57,076 nt of DNA from a virus (lineage: Duplodnaviria; Caudoviricetes), in the IMG/VR virus record IMGVR_UViG_3300017914_001948, positions 1-57,076 of that record; one strand, written 5' to 3'. The translations under genes and the position numbers were made by a program. Of this stretch, positions 39,835 to 49,759 are shown piece after piece; within the stretch, counting starts at the first letter, position 1; the number at the start of each line of letters is the position of its first letter. The notes beneath the pieces are model-generated. The model was not told the DNA's origin. It was given only the letters and a program-made list of their open reading frames with translations, and did no database searches.

Positions 39835-40205
39835 ACCCATTCGAATACGTCAATTCAATCAACACGTCTAAGAAAGATATTATGGTAGATGATCTGTCGG
39901 AAAAGGCATATAACTCCTTCATGGTAAACAGATCTCTATCATACTTTCAGGATACGGTATTATTTGCAAATGAAATGAATATCAACCACCACCTAGACAA
40001 CCGTCTACAATATCATTTTCTTATAAATATGATTAGGAAACGCAAACGATTCTCCAAATGGCAGAAGAGTGAGTGTGACAGTGACGTGGAAGTAGTCAAG
40101 GAATATTATGGTTACAATAATGAAAAGGCCAGACAAGTCTTGACCCTTCTTACAAGTGAACAACTAAATATATTGAAACAGAAGGTATATAAAGGTGGAA
40201 GATAA
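39831..40205 (+). CDS. gp62: Clamp loader small subunit gp62
   Basis: YNSFMVNRSLSYF..FANEMN, RKRKRFSKW, VKEYYGYNNEKA. Confidence 0.93.
   Translation: MNPFEYVNSINTSKKDIMVDDLSEKAYNSFMVNRSLSYFQDTVLFANEMNINHHLDNRLQYHFLINMIRKRKRFSKWQKSECDSDVEVVKEYYGYNNEKARQVLTLLTSEQLNILKQKVYKGGR
40022..40029 (+). promoter_or_regulatory. Late promoter consensus inside gp62, upstream of regA
   Basis: Exact TATAAATA, but intragenic. Confidence 0.4.
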
Positions 40206-40599
40206 TAAAATTGTAGAGTGGACACCTTCCTCTATGTTAGAAGTATCTCTAAACGAACCAGATGATTTTCTAAAGGTTCGAGAGACACTTACTCGTATTG
40301 GTGTTGCCTCTCGCAAAGATAAAAAACTATATCAGTCTTGCCATATTTTGCATAAACAAGGTAGATACTTCATTGTGCACTTTAAAGAATTATTCTTGTT
40401 GGACGGTAAGAAGTCTAACCTAGAAGAAAATGATATTGCTAGACGCAATACTATTGCACAATTGATGAGTGATTGGGGATTGATTTCCGTAGACGGATCT
40501 GTAGAACCTCTCGCTCCTATGAGACAGATAAAGATTATACCATATAAAGAAAAACAAGAATGGGAATTGTGTCCGAAGTATAACATCGGATCTAAATAA
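40195..40599 (+). CDS. regA: Translational repressor RegA
   Basis: PDDFLKVRETLTRIGVASR, QSCHILHKQGRYFIVHFKELF, WELCPKYNIG. Confidence 0.96.
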   Translation: MEDNKIVEWTPSSMLEVSLNEPDDFLKVRETLTRIGVASRKDKKLYQSCHILHKQGRYFIVHFKELFLLDGKKSNLEENDIARRNTIAQLMSDWGLISVDGSVEPLAPMRQIKIIPYKEKQEWELCPKYNIGSK

Positions 40600-40609
40600 G
40601 GGAATACAA

Positions 40610-41281
40610 ATGCAACGGTTTACTCAGTTTTATATAGAAGAAGGTGTCAATGATCCAGCGATCTTCAAGGCAGTCTTCTTAGCGGGTGGTCCAGGCAGTG
40701 GTAAGTCATTTATGGTAGGTAAGACTGCTTTGACTTCATTTGGCATGAAACTGATAAATAGTGATCCTGCTTTCGAGGCACAACTTGCAAAGGCAGGACT
40801 CAAAGCAACACCAGATGACATCTTCACAGATAAAGGTCAGGCTGCACGTAAGGTGGCAAAGACACTTACGAAGAAGCAAATGGAACTGGCGATCAATGGT
40901 CGTCTTGGACTTGTGATTGATGGTACTGGTAAAGATTACGACAAGATCTCTGGGCAGGCTACGAAACTCAAACAAATGGGTTACGAAGTGGCGATGATCT
41001 TTGTCAACACAGATTTGCAGACTGCAATCGATAGAGACCAAAAACGTTCAAGAACACTTGGTGCAAAAGAAGTTACTAAGATGTGGAACGATGTACAAAA
41101 GAACCTTGGTAAGTTCCAAAAGTTCTTTGGTAACATGATGGTGATTGTAGACAACTCTGATGGTGCAGACTACGAAACTGGTTCTATGACTGCGTACAAG
41201 AAAATGAAATCTTGGGCAGCGAAGAAACCAACAAAACCTGCAGCAAAAAAATGGATTGATTCCCAACGTAAAGGGAAATAA
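40610..41281 (+). CDS. P-loop kinase (zeta-toxin/AAA_33-like)
   Basis: AVFLAGGPGSGKS, LINSD, LVIDGTG, MIFVNT..A..R..R.R. Confidence 0.8.
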   Translation: MQRFTQFYIEEGVNDPAIFKAVFLAGGPGSGKSFMVGKTALTSFGMKLINSDPAFEAQLAKAGLKATPDDIFTDKGQAARKVAKTLTKKQMELAINGRLGLVIDGTGKDYDKISGQATKLKQMGYEVAMIFVNTDLQTAIDRDQKRSRTLGAKEVTKMWNDVQKNLGKFQKFFGNMMVIVDNSDGADYETGSMTAYKKMKSWAAKKPTKPAAKKWIDSQRKGK

Positions 41282-41297
41282 TTTTATATATAATATC

Positions 41298-41353
41298 GGA
41301 CATGCAGATAGTCTGGTGTCCATTTCATCTTGCTTGATCAAAAGGAGATAACA
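41298..41353 (+). promoter_or_regulatory. ROSE-like RNA thermometer in the hsp20 5'UTR
   Basis: Hairpin 41298-41321, then hairpin 41327-41349 in which UCUUGCUU pairs with AAGGAGA (the SD) with a bulged G. Confidence 0.7.
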
Positions 41354-41821
41354 ATGACAGGCGTACATTCTTTGTTCCCACGTTCATCATTCGTGGGTTT
41401 CGATCACTTATTCAATGAACTAGAATATGTTGCAAAACATGCTCAAGATCATTACCCACCTCATAACATCATCAAAACTGGTGAACACGATTATTTAATC
41501 GAACTTGCGGTTGCAGGGTTCTCTCGTGACGAATTGTCTATTGAGGTGAAAGATCGTACTCTAAACGTAACAGGAGAACATAAATCTAGAGGTAGAGAGT
41601 TTATTCATCGTGGAATCTCTACGAAGAAATTCAAACGCACCTTTAGGCTGTCTGAACACGTACAAGTACACGGAGCGGATCTGGTGGACGGAATATTGTC
41701 AGTAGAACTGAAATATGTAATTCCCGAAGAACTGCGTCCTCGTAAAATCGAAATCGGTCATTACGAGGAATTATCACATGACACAAATACTAAAGAACTT
41801 CTTCAAGAAGATAATCGCTAA
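41354..41821 (+). CDS. hsp20: Small heat shock protein (Hsp20/IbpA-like)
   Basis: VGFDHLF, YPPHNI, IELAVAGF, HRGIS..FKRTFRL, GADLVDGILSVEL, PRKIEI. Confidence 0.95.
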   Translation: MTGVHSLFPRSSFVGFDHLFNELEYVAKHAQDHYPPHNIIKTGEHDYLIELAVAGFSRDELSIEVKDRTLNVTGEHKSRGREFIHRGISTKKFKRTFRLSEHVQVHGADLVDGILSVELKYVIPEELRPRKIEIGHYEELSHDTNTKELLQEDNR

Positions 41822-41978
41822 CTATCAATACAGACGTGATGTCAATGCAACCATCAAAGAGTTACAAAAACTAACTAATGCTGAGTTGAATGACATTGGA
41901 CTATCACGTGGTGACATCTGGCACGTTGCACATGAGTCACACTCTAATACAAATTTTAATTTGAGAGGGTGGGTGTAA
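41778..41978 (+). CDS. DUF1127 (YjiS-like) small protein
   Basis: TIKELQKLTNAELNDIGLSRGDI matches the DUF1127 L..L.D..L.DIGL.R.DI signature; GAGG RBS. Confidence 0.8.
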   Translation: MTQILKNFFKKIIANYQYRRDVNATIKELQKLTNAELNDIGLSRGDIWHVAHESHSNTNFNLRGWV

Positions 41979-42157
41979 TGAACCATGTTGAAACTATTAC
42001 TGTTGGTAACAGTTCTGTTATCGCCCGAATCTGGGAGAGCATTAAAATTCGTTTCGAGATCATCGGGTATAGTAGAGCAGCATCACAACTTGCAATCGCA
42101 GGTCGTTATGACGAAGCAAAGGCGTGCATGTTAGAAGTTGCTAAACTGAGAAACTGA
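41978..42157 (+). CDS. Hypothetical small protein
   Basis: TAATG-coupled to the DUF1127 gene, 59 aa. Confidence 0.6.
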   Translation: MNHVETITVGNSSVIARIWESIKIRFEIIGYSRAASQLAIAGRYDEAKACMLEVAKLRN

Positions 42158-42171
42158 TAGAAAAGTTCAGT

Positions 42172-42195
42172 AGAGGGGCGGGTAACTGCCCCTTT
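42172..42195 (+). terminator. Probable terminator closing the hsp20 operon
   Basis: AGAGGGGCGG-GTAA-CTGCCCCTTT hairpin with a short T tail. Confidence 0.65.
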
Positions 42196-42216
42196 GATCT
42201 TTACAAGGACACACAA

Positions 42217-42636
42217 ATGTTAAAAAATATTGTAAATAAAATACCAGAATTTTGTTTAAGTCACTGGTTACTTCGAATCCCTCTTGCAATTTTGTTTTTA
42301 CAACAAGGTCTTGATAAATGGCCCTTCTCTGTAGAAGATGCCATTGCAATGGACTTACCACCTCTTGTGTGGTTATTTGTTGTATTAGGTGAGATTGGTG
42401 CAGGCCTTGGATTGTTGTTTGGTGGGTTGTTAGGTATAAAGTTTTGGAACGATCTTCTTCAAGCGTTTGGTGATATGGTTACACGATTTAGTGGTATCGT
42501 TATGTGTTGCATTATGACTGGTGTAATTTGGTTGAGTGAACCAACCAGTCTGACAGACGTACTACTCTATGACAACTATCATGCCCTATTGTGGGTAGGT
42601 GGTTTATTCTTTGCACTAAGAGGAAATAGAACATGA
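42217..42636 (+). CDS. DoxX-family membrane protein
   Basis: LLRIPLAILFLQQGLDK, GEIGAGLGLLFG, TRFSG; about 4 hydrophobic segments. Confidence 0.8.
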   Translation: MLKNIVNKIPEFCLSHWLLRIPLAILFLQQGLDKWPFSVEDAIAMDLPPLVWLFVVLGEIGAGLGLLFGGLLGIKFWNDLLQAFGDMVTRFSGIVMCCIMTGVIWLSEPTSLTDVLLYDNYHALLWVGGLFFALRGNRT

Positions 42637-42845
42637 ATATGCGAAAAGAACTATTGATGGCTGCACGTGCACATGCTGCAGCGCATGTAGAAAAACACAG
42701 ACTCAATGTTGAAGTTTACCTAAATAACCCTGCAGGTATTGGAGAACACTCTGATATCATGGAAGCAATCGAAACCGAATTGGAGGAGATGGCAAAATAT
42801 GAAGATCATTTGGAAATTCTTAACAAATACTTCAGTAAAACATAA
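42633..42845 (+). CDS. Hypothetical protein
   Basis: NVEVYLNNPAGIGEHSDIMEAIE; ATGA overlap. Confidence 0.7.
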   Translation: MNMRKELLMAARAHAAAHVEKHRLNVEVYLNNPAGIGEHSDIMEAIETELEEMAKYEDHLEILNKYFSKT

Positions 42846-42916
42846 AGACTTGAGTGAACACAGAGTTCACACAACTTTATATGAAGACTTATGCATGTAA
42901 CACACAGGAGACACAC

Positions 42917-43150
42917 ATGTCAAACCCTTATCAAATCCGTACAGATATCCTTGCAATGGCAAAAGATATCCTAGATAAACAATACGATATGCAAATGCAA
43001 GTGGCGCACCAAGTCATGGAAATGCATAAAGAGAATGCTGAACAAGCATTAGAAGCATATAAGAAATATGTTCCAAAACAAATTACGCCAGAAGAAATCA
43101 AGTCACAGGCGGACAAACTATACGAATTTGTAACTGACAAGAAAGAGTAA
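42917..43150 (+). CDS. Hypothetical protein
   Basis: Start MSNPYQIR after AGGAG. Confidence 0.7.
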   Translation: MSNPYQIRTDILAMAKDILDKQYDMQMQVAHQVMEMHKENAEQALEAYKKYVPKQITPEEIKSQADKLYEFVTDKKE

Positions 43151-43152
43151 TT

Positions 43153-44037
43153 ATGAGTGAATTTGAATTTGATTTTATGCCTCATCATCTTGAAAAAATG
43201 ATCCCAGGCAATAAACAACATGAAGAGTGGTACGCATCGTTATGTGAACTATTACCAAAATATGGCATCACAACACAACGCCGTGTTGCACACTTTGTAT
43301 CGCAATGTGCACATGAAAGTGCAAACTTCAAACGACTCGAAGAAAATCTAAACTATTCTGCAAAAGCACTACGTGCAGTCTTTGGTCGTTACTTCGGTGA
43401 TGCGCCAAAACGTGATGCAGATGAATACCATCGTCAACCTGAAATGATTGCCAACTATGTTTATATGGATGAGTTCCGTAAGTACAAGATGGGTAATGTC
43501 AATGAGGGTGATGGATGGTTGTTCCGTGGCCGTGGTCTAAAACAATTGACAGGCAGACACAACTATACAAAGTTCGGTGAATCTGTAGGTATGACTGCAG
43601 AAGAGGCGGCAGAGTATGTTGCATCGTTCAAAGGTGCAATTGAGTCTGCATGTTGGTTCTGGGACACAAACAATCTAAATGATATCGCAGACACGGATAA
43701 TGTCAAACTCATGACCAAAAAGATCAACGGTGGATCTATTGGTCTTGCAGATCGTCAAGAACGTTATGTAAATGCAATGCGAGTTCTGGATATGGACATC
43801 GAAGATCTGATGGATGAAGATGATGATATTGAAGATATCATTGATGACATCGGAGTATTGCGTAAAGGTTCACGTGGTGACGGTGTCAAAATTATGCAGG
43901 AAGCACTAGGAATTGGTGCGGATGGTGTATTTGGACCAGGCACAGAACGTGCACTAAAACAATGGCAGGCAGAAAATGGTCTTGTAGTAGACGGTATCGC
44001 AGGTCCTGCAACATTTGAGAAACTATTGGAGGACTAA
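43153..44037 (+). CDS. GH19 endolysin with C-terminal peptidoglycan-binding domain
   Basis: AHFVSQCAHES..LEENLNYS, GDGWLFRGRGLKQLTGRHNY, TKKINGG; LRKGSRGDGVK..DGVFGPGT..DGIAGPAT. Confidence 0.9.
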   Translation: MSEFEFDFMPHHLEKMIPGNKQHEEWYASLCELLPKYGITTQRRVAHFVSQCAHESANFKRLEENLNYSAKALRAVFGRYFGDAPKRDADEYHRQPEMIANYVYMDEFRKYKMGNVNEGDGWLFRGRGLKQLTGRHNYTKFGESVGMTAEEAAEYVASFKGAIESACWFWDTNNLNDIADTDNVKLMTKKINGGSIGLADRQERYVNAMRVLDMDIEDLMDEDDDIEDIIDDIGVLRKGSRGDGVKIMQEALGIGADGVFGPGTERALKQWQAENGLVVDGIAGPATFEKLLED

Positions 44038-44319
44038 ATGTCATTAGATATTTTGAATGCAGGTACACGTAACATCATGGAACGTTGTATCACTGCACTA
44101 GGTGAAGATACTGCATGGCAAATCTTTGACAATGTTGTTTCAAACGAAGGTGAAACTCGTGAACAACTTGTACGTGATATGGGAGACGACAATCTTACTA
44201 TGCACGTGGCAATGGAGTGGACTACACATCTAGAACAGAACGATATCGCAGATGCAGATAATCTTGGTATCGTCGCTACAGCACAACAAAATGCATTTGC
44301 AGTCATAGAATCTTCTTGA
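44038..44319 (+). CDS. Hypothetical acidic protein
   Basis: 93 aa with GGAGG RBS, directly after the lysin. Confidence 0.65.
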   Translation: MSLDILNAGTRNIMERCITALGEDTAWQIFDNVVSNEGETREQLVRDMGDDNLTMHVAMEWTTHLEQNDIADADNLGIVATAQQNAFAVIESS

Positions 44320-44344
44320 CATCTAACGATACGTTTGATATAAT
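44316..44344 (+). promoter_or_regulatory. Sigma70 consensus promoter for gp43 (probably leaderless)
   Basis: TTGACA-17-TATAAT; ATG 6 nt downstream. Confidence 0.8.
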
Positions 44345-44350
44345 ACACGT

Positions 44351-46864
44351 ATGTTTTATACCAATGTTGTTCGTTACTCAAACTTTATTCTTTACCGTGG
44401 TTATGATGACCACGGTAAAAAAGTTTTCAAAAAAGAAAAGTTCAAACCAAAGTTCTTTGTACCATCCAAAGAGAAAACTGGATGGCGTGGTTTGGATGGA
44501 AGAGATATCGGTTCGGTTGAGTTCGAAACGATGCGAGATGCACGTGACTGGCTAGAACAGTACAAGTCCGTGGGTGGGTTCGATGTGTACGGAACCACCA
44601 ACTATCTACATCAGTACATCACTGATAAGTTTCCTAAAGAAGTAAAATTTGACCGTGACATGATCAACGTCACGACTATCGATATTGAGACTGACTACGA
44701 AGGTGGGTTTCCCAACCCAAACGTGGCAGACCAACCTGTTCTCGCTATCACTATGAAGAACAATATCGATGGTGTGTACTATGTGTGGGGTCTACAGGAC
44801 TATGATGAATCTGCTGCACTCATCAAACCTGTAAAGTATTTCAAGTGTAAAGATGAACCAGAACTTCTCGCTCGGTTTGTCAATCATTGGAGACAAGAAG
44901 AAAACTTACCAGATGTTATTACTGGTTGGAACGTGCGGTTCTTTGACGTACCGTATCTAATCAATCGTATCAACCGTGTCTGTGGAGTTGAGATGGTTCG
45001 GTTGATGTCACCATGGGGTCTAATCGATCAAGTCAAAGTCAAGAAGATGACTCGTGAAGAAACTACCTATGACATCAAAGGTGTGTCTGTACTTGACTAC
45101 ATTGAATTGTTTCAGAAGTTTGGTTATGCATACGGTAAACAAGAGTCGTATAAACTTGACCACATTGCTCACGTTGTGTTAGGTGAGAAGAAACTATCAT
45201 ATGAAGAGTCTGGTTCTCTACGTAACTTGTATAAGGATGACTTCCAACGATATATCGACTATAACATGAAAGATGTGCAGTTGGTGGATCGTCTTGAAGA
45301 CAAGATGGGACTTATTACCTTGGGTATGACTGTGGCGTACAAGGGTGGTGTGAACTACCAAGATGCGTTTGGTACTACAGGTATCTGGGAATCTATCATT
45401 CACAGAAAACTAAATGAATCAAAAATTGTACCATCTGCAAACAAACCACAGAATGAGAAGGCAGACTTCGCAGGTGGTTATGTGAAGAACCCAGAGGTGG
45501 GTGCGCACGATTGGGTAGTGTCGTTTGACTTGAACTCACTGTATCCTAACATCATTGTTCAGTGGAACATGTCACCAGAGACTTTGACAGATCGTCAAGT
45601 AAATGGTGGAGTAGATTATTATCTGTCTATGTTTGGTAGAGATGCGGAGATGGTTCATCCTGCACACAAAGAAGATAACCTTACAGTCGCTACCAATGGA
45701 TCTACCTACAGTAAGAATATTGACGGTATGATTCCTAATATCATTATTGAATACTATGATGAACGTAGAATTGTAAAGAAACAGATGTTGTCTGCAGAAC
45801 AGTCTTATCAGAAAGAGAAGACATACGAATTAGAGAAACAGATTAACACACTGCACAACCAACAGATGGCTATTAAGATTTTGATGAACTCTCTGTATGG
45901 TGCAATGGGTAATCGTTACTTCAAGTATTATGACCTTCGTATTGCGGAAGGTGTCACACTGACTGGTCAGATGGTTATTCAGTGGGCAGAGAAAGCAATC
46001 AACAAAGAGATGAACAAAATTCTAAAGACTGATGGTGAAGACTATGTTATCGCTATCGACACTGACTCTTTGTACATCAACTTTGGTCCTATGGTAAAAC
46101 AGTTGAACCCCAAAGATCCTGTCAAGTTTCTTGATAAGATTGCAAACGATCACTTCGAACCTCTACTCAAGAAGGCGTATGATGATCTGTTCAAGGGTAT
46201 GAACTGTCACAAACCACGGATGGAGATGTCACGTGAGGTCATCGCAGACCGTGGTATTTGGACTGCAAAGAAAAGATACATTCTCAACGTGCACAATTCT
46301 GAAGGTGTTCAGTATGAAGAACCTAAACTGAAGATGATGGGTATCGAGGCAATCAAGTCCTCAACTCCTGAGATTTGTCGTGATAAGTTCAGAGAGGCGT
46401 TCAAGATTATTATCTCGTCCACAGAGAAAGAAACACAGGACTTTATCCAACGGTTCAAACAAGAGTTCAAGTCTCTACCACCTGAGTCCGTTGCATTTCC
46501 ACGTGGTGTGTCCAACATTGTAGACTGGTCAGATCGTAAGAATGTGTACAAGAAAGGCACACCCATTCACGTGCGTGGATCTCTACTATACAATAAACAG
46601 TTGAAGGATTACAAACTTACAAACAAATATGAATTAATTGAAAATGGTAGTCGTATCAAATTCTGTTATCTCAAAATGCCTAATACGTTGAAAGAGAACG
46701 TGGTATCATTCCCTGATGTGATCCCACAAGAGTTTGGACTACATAGATACGTAGATTACGACAAACAGTTTGAGAAGACATTCATCGAACCATTGAAGAT
46801 GATACTTGATGCGATTGGTTGGAACGTAGAAGAACAACAAACTTTGGAGGATTTTTTTGGATGA
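44351..46864 (+). CDS. gp43: Family B DNA polymerase gp43
   Basis: DIETD and GWNVRFFD exonuclease motifs, [28 protein letters not shown]-terminal TLEDFFG clamp-binding motif. Confidence 0.98.
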   Translation: MFYTNVVRYSNFILYRGYDDHGKKVFKKEKFKPKFFVPSKEKTGWRGLDGRDIGSVEFETMRDARDWLEQYKSVGGFDVYGTTNYLHQYITDKFPKEVKFDRDMINVTTIDIETDYEGGFPNPNVADQPVLAITMKNNIDGVYYVWGLQDYDESAALIKPVKYFKCKDEPELLARFVNHWRQEENLPDVITGWNVRFFDVPYLINRINRVCGVEMVRLMSPWGLIDQVKVKKMTREETTYDIKGVSVLDYIELFQKFGYAYGKQESYKLDHIAHVVLGEKKLSYEESGSLRNLYKDDFQRYIDYNMKDVQLVDRLEDKMGLITLGMTVAYKGGVNYQDAFGTTGIWESIIHRKLNESKIVPSANKPQNEKADFAGGYVKNPEVGAHDWVVSFDLNSLYPNIIVQWNMSPETLTDRQVNGGVDYYLSMFGRDAEMVHPAHKEDNLTVATNGSTYSKNIDGMIPNIIIEYYDERRIVKKQMLSAEQSYQKEKTYELEKQINTLHNQQMAIKILMNSLYGAMGNRYFKYYDLRIAEGVTLTGQMVIQWAEKAINKEMNKILKTDGEDYVIAIDTDSLYINFGPMVKQLNPKDPVKFLDKIANDHFEPLLKKAYDDLFKGMNCHKPRMEMSREVIADRGIWTAKKRYILNVHNSEGVQYEEPKLKMMGIEAIKSSTPEICRDKFREAFKIIISSTEKETQDFIQRFKQEFKSLPPESVAFPRGVSNIVDWSDRKNVYKKGTPIHVRGSLLYNKQLKDYKLTNKYELIENGSRIKFCYLKMPNTLKENVVSFPDVIPQEFGLHRYVDYDKQFEKTFIEPLKMILDAIGWNVEEQQTLEDFFG

Positions 46865-47217
46865 AAGCAGGTAAAGTATGGGGTACGACAGAACTTATTG
46901 AAGCAAATGGTGCTTTAGAGTTTCATCGTATTCAAATGAATAAAGGCGGAGTGTGTTCTAAACACCTCCATGAATTTAAATGGAATGGTTTCTTTGTTGA
47001 AAAGGGCGTAATGTTAGTTCGTGTTTGGCAAAAAGATTATGATCTTGTTGATGAAACTATTTTATATGAAGGCGATTATCATAAAGTAAAGCCTGGCGTA
47101 TATCATCAATTCGAATGTTTAGAGTCAGGTATTGCGTATGAATTGTATTGGGCTGAGTTTAACCACAATGACATTGTAAGAGAAACGGTTGGTTTTATGG
47201 AGAACGAAAATGTCTAA
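46861..47217 (+). CDS. Cupin-fold protein (sugar isomerase-like)
   Basis: [26 protein letters not shown]. Confidence 0.75.
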   Translation: MKAGKVWGTTELIEANGALEFHRIQMNKGGVCSKHLHEFKWNGFFVEKGVMLVRVWQKDYDLVDETILYEGDYHKVKPGVYHQFECLESGIAYELYWAEFNHNDIVRETVGFMENENV

Positions 47218-47584
47218 CTTTGAACGAGTACGAGTATTCATGGAAACTTTCGGACAGGAAGTAAAACGCAATCCAGAGTTTCCAGACCAAGAGACTGCAG
47301 CACTGCGACTAGAGTTGATTGCAGAAGAACTTGGTGAACTCGAAGAGGCAATTGCGAACAAAGATCTGGTTGAGGTTGCAGACGCACTCACAGATATTCT
47401 GTATGTGACATATGGTGCAGGACATGCATTTGGACTTGACCTTGATGAATGTTTCAAAGAAGTGCAACGTTCTAATATGAGTAAACTTGGACTAGATGGT
47501 AAACCTATCTATCGTCAAGATGGTAAGGTTCTAAAGGGTCCAAACTTCAAGGAACCTGATCTAAAAAAGACTTTACATCTGTAA
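47210..47584 (+). CDS. All-alpha NTP pyrophosphohydrolase (MazG/PRA-PH-like)
   Basis: LIAEELGEL..EVADALTDILYVTYG, EVQRSNMSK, DGKVLKGP. Confidence 0.88.
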   Translation: MSNFERVRVFMETFGQEVKRNPEFPDQETAALRLELIAEELGELEEAIANKDLVEVADALTDILYVTYGAGHAFGLDLDECFKEVQRSNMSKLGLDGKPIYRQDGKVLKGPNFKEPDLKKTLHL

Positions 47585-47600
47585 AGTTTTCTGGTATAAT
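47572..47600 (+). promoter_or_regulatory. Sigma70-type promoter (probably leaderless)
   Basis: TTTACA-17-TATAAT with TG; ATG 6 nt downstream. Confidence 0.75.
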
Positions 47601-47606
47601 AAACTC

Positions 47607-48719
47607 ATGATATTAGAACATTCAGATGCAGTTTATGCAGCACAGAAACTTACGGAATACTTTAGAGACTTCGGACGTATCGATGATTACTTTCGTGCTC
47701 GTAAAATAGAACGTGTAAAAAACATTCCTACACCATTGCCTGGTTTTAGTATGGAAGACGATCTATTTCAAGATTATAATATGCATCCAGAGGATATGAA
47801 CTTTGTAATTACACAAATTTCCTCATCCACATTTGATACTCTGTTAGAAAAAGTTGCATCGTTTTCACCTGACAATGCGCCAGGCAAAGAAATGAAACTG
47901 GTTATCAAAGAAACTAATACAAATACTATTGTTGGTTTTATAAAATTAGGTTCACCACTTATCAACTCTAAACCCAGAAATGATTACTTAGGTGGTGTAC
48001 CAGATCTACCAGTATTCAACAAACGTGCTATCATGGGTTTTAACATTGTTCCAGTTCAACCATTTGGGTACAACTATCTTGGTGGTAAACTTATTGCAGC
48101 AATCTGTAACTCACATGAAGTACGCAGAAAATTAAACAAGAAATACGATACGGAATTTTGTTTATTCGAGACTACTTCTCTTTATGGTAACATCAAGGGG
48201 GCATCCATGTATGATGGTATGAAACCTTTTCTCAGATACAAAGGTGATACTCAGTCTAAGTTTCTATTGACGCTTGGTGAGGATATCTATCCAGAAATGA
48301 AAAAATGGTTCATAGAAAGGAATAATGGTGAAGAATTGATTCACAAGGGTGCGTCTTCACGTAAACTAAAAACGCAAACCAAGATGGTCAGTATTATAAG
48401 ACAAAGTCTCGCTAAATATGATAAACACGCTGCAATTAACTTTTCAAAAGATATTGCAAAAGCAGGTGATGTTACTACACAGAAAAGATTTTATATGGGT
48501 GAGTATGGATACTCAAACGTAAAAGATGTTTTACTTGGTAAGACTGAAACATTGACTAAAGCAGAAAACTTTGACAGGTTTGAACTTGACGGTGTAATCA
48601 CATGGTGGAGAAAACTTGCTACTAAGAGATACAACAAAATGATTGCAGAAGGAAAGGTTCGTAAAGATTTAGAAGTCTGGAATCAGGACACAATGCACAG
48701 GATTGATATTATACGATGA
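47607..48719 (+). CDS. DUF4338/DruA-like protein
   Basis: PGK...GFIKLGSP...RNDYLG, PVQPFGYNYLGGKL, FETTSLYG..SMYD pattern, recognised from memory. Confidence 0.6.
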   Translation: MILEHSDAVYAAQKLTEYFRDFGRIDDYFRARKIERVKNIPTPLPGFSMEDDLFQDYNMHPEDMNFVITQISSSTFDTLLEKVASFSPDNAPGKEMKLVIKETNTNTIVGFIKLGSPLINSKPRNDYLGGVPDLPVFNKRAIMGFNIVPVQPFGYNYLGGKLIAAICNSHEVRRKLNKKYDTEFCLFETTSLYGNIKGASMYDGMKPFLRYKGDTQSKFLLTLGEDIYPEMKKWFIERNNGEELIHKGASSRKLKTQTKMVSIIRQSLAKYDKHAAINFSKDIAKAGDVTTQKRFYMGEYGYSNVKDVLLGKTETLTKAENFDRFELDGVITWWRKLATKRYNKMIAEGKVRKDLEVWNQDTMHRIDIIR

Positions 48720-49702
48720 ACATAACAATTGCACGATTACGGTCTAACGTAAAATATAACGGCCCACTAGAAACCGTCTTAGATAGTTTCTTTGAGAACT
48801 ATGTAAAGTGGATGAGAGAGAATCCACAGTATAGATACGACACTTACAACGTATCATTTAATCAACGTAGACCAGTACGAACACCAGAGACTATCGATAA
48901 GGCAGATGTAATTGTAATTCCATCAGATTCAGAATTCAGATACCATGGTGAACTGCAAATGAATCCCAAAGACTTGGCAAAGTCTCAATCACACATTGAA
49001 AAGATTGCACCATTCTTTGAGGGTAAAACTGTTATCATGTGGAGAAGTGATAGAGGTGACACCGAAGAACTTTATCGAAGTTTCTTGCCTAACATAAAAA
49101 ACTTTATCACAATAGACGAAGTAGATTTTAGTGGAAACATTCATGGTATGAAGTATCACTTTATCCAGAGATTAAAAAACCCATTGGCGGAAATGATTGG
49201 TACAGAGAAGACAATCGACTTTGGATATTGGGGTAGAATGAAACATGGTAACGATAGAGAAAAGACAATCAGAAAAATCTATCGTTCAGAACTATCAACT
49301 GTGATGATTGGTGGATTTCCATCTGGTGTAAAGAGACAGTCTGCTTGGATTAAGGATTGGAACAAATTATATCCACTATTAGAACCAGCAAGATGCACTC
49401 TTTGTTTCAATTGGATTGACCAGACGGCGACAACTAGTAGGTATCCAGAAGCACTTTCAATTGGTATGATCCCATTTGTCTGGCAAGACTATGATATCAA
49501 CAACACATATAATATTGATCCATGGCAACGAATCACTTCACCAGAAGAGTTAGTAGAGAAGGCAATATTACTAAGAGACGAGAAATTTTTTGAAAAAAAA
49601 TTAGAAGAATTTCGTGCCAACTATTCTAAGGTATTGCTAACACAGGAAGAATACTTTAAATTATTTTCAGAAAAAATGAATTCTGCCCTTGACTTGTTAT
49701 GA
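48716..49702 (+). CDS. GT-B glycosyltransferase resembling T4 DNA beta-glucosyltransferase
   Basis: IDFGYWGRMKHGNDREK and TSRYPEALSIGMIPFVWQDYD resemble the T4 BGT C-domain motifs; similar size and syntenic position. Confidence 0.6.
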   Translation: MNITIARLRSNVKYNGPLETVLDSFFENYVKWMRENPQYRYDTYNVSFNQRRPVRTPETIDKADVIVIPSDSEFRYHGELQMNPKDLAKSQSHIEKIAPFFEGKTVIMWRSDRGDTEELYRSFLPNIKNFITIDEVDFSGNIHGMKYHFIQRLKNPLAEMIGTEKTIDFGYWGRMKHGNDREKTIRKIYRSELSTVMIGGFPSGVKRQSAWIKDWNKLYPLLEPARCTLCFNWIDQTATTSRYPEALSIGMIPFVWQDYDINNTYNIDPWQRITSPEELVEKAILLRDEKFFEKKLEEFRANYSKVLLTQEEYFKLFSEKMNSALDLL

Positions 49703-49717
49703 TAACTTTGGTATATT
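49689..49717 (+). promoter_or_regulatory. Sigma70-type promoter
   Basis: TTGACT-17-TATATT with TG. Confidence 0.6.
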
Positions 49718-49759
49718 GTATAAGTAAGATGAATTGAAACTTGAAGAAGAGGTTAAATT

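Noticed and set aside
41978-42216. Cuckoo/CcsR-type sRNAs that often follow DUF1127 genes
   Set aside because: No CCTCCTCCC loop motifs; only one terminator-like hairpin.
10569-46864. Introns or inteins in gp17, gp20, gp23, uvsW, gp46, gp43
   Set aside because: All are continuous and of ordinary length, with no intein motifs seen.
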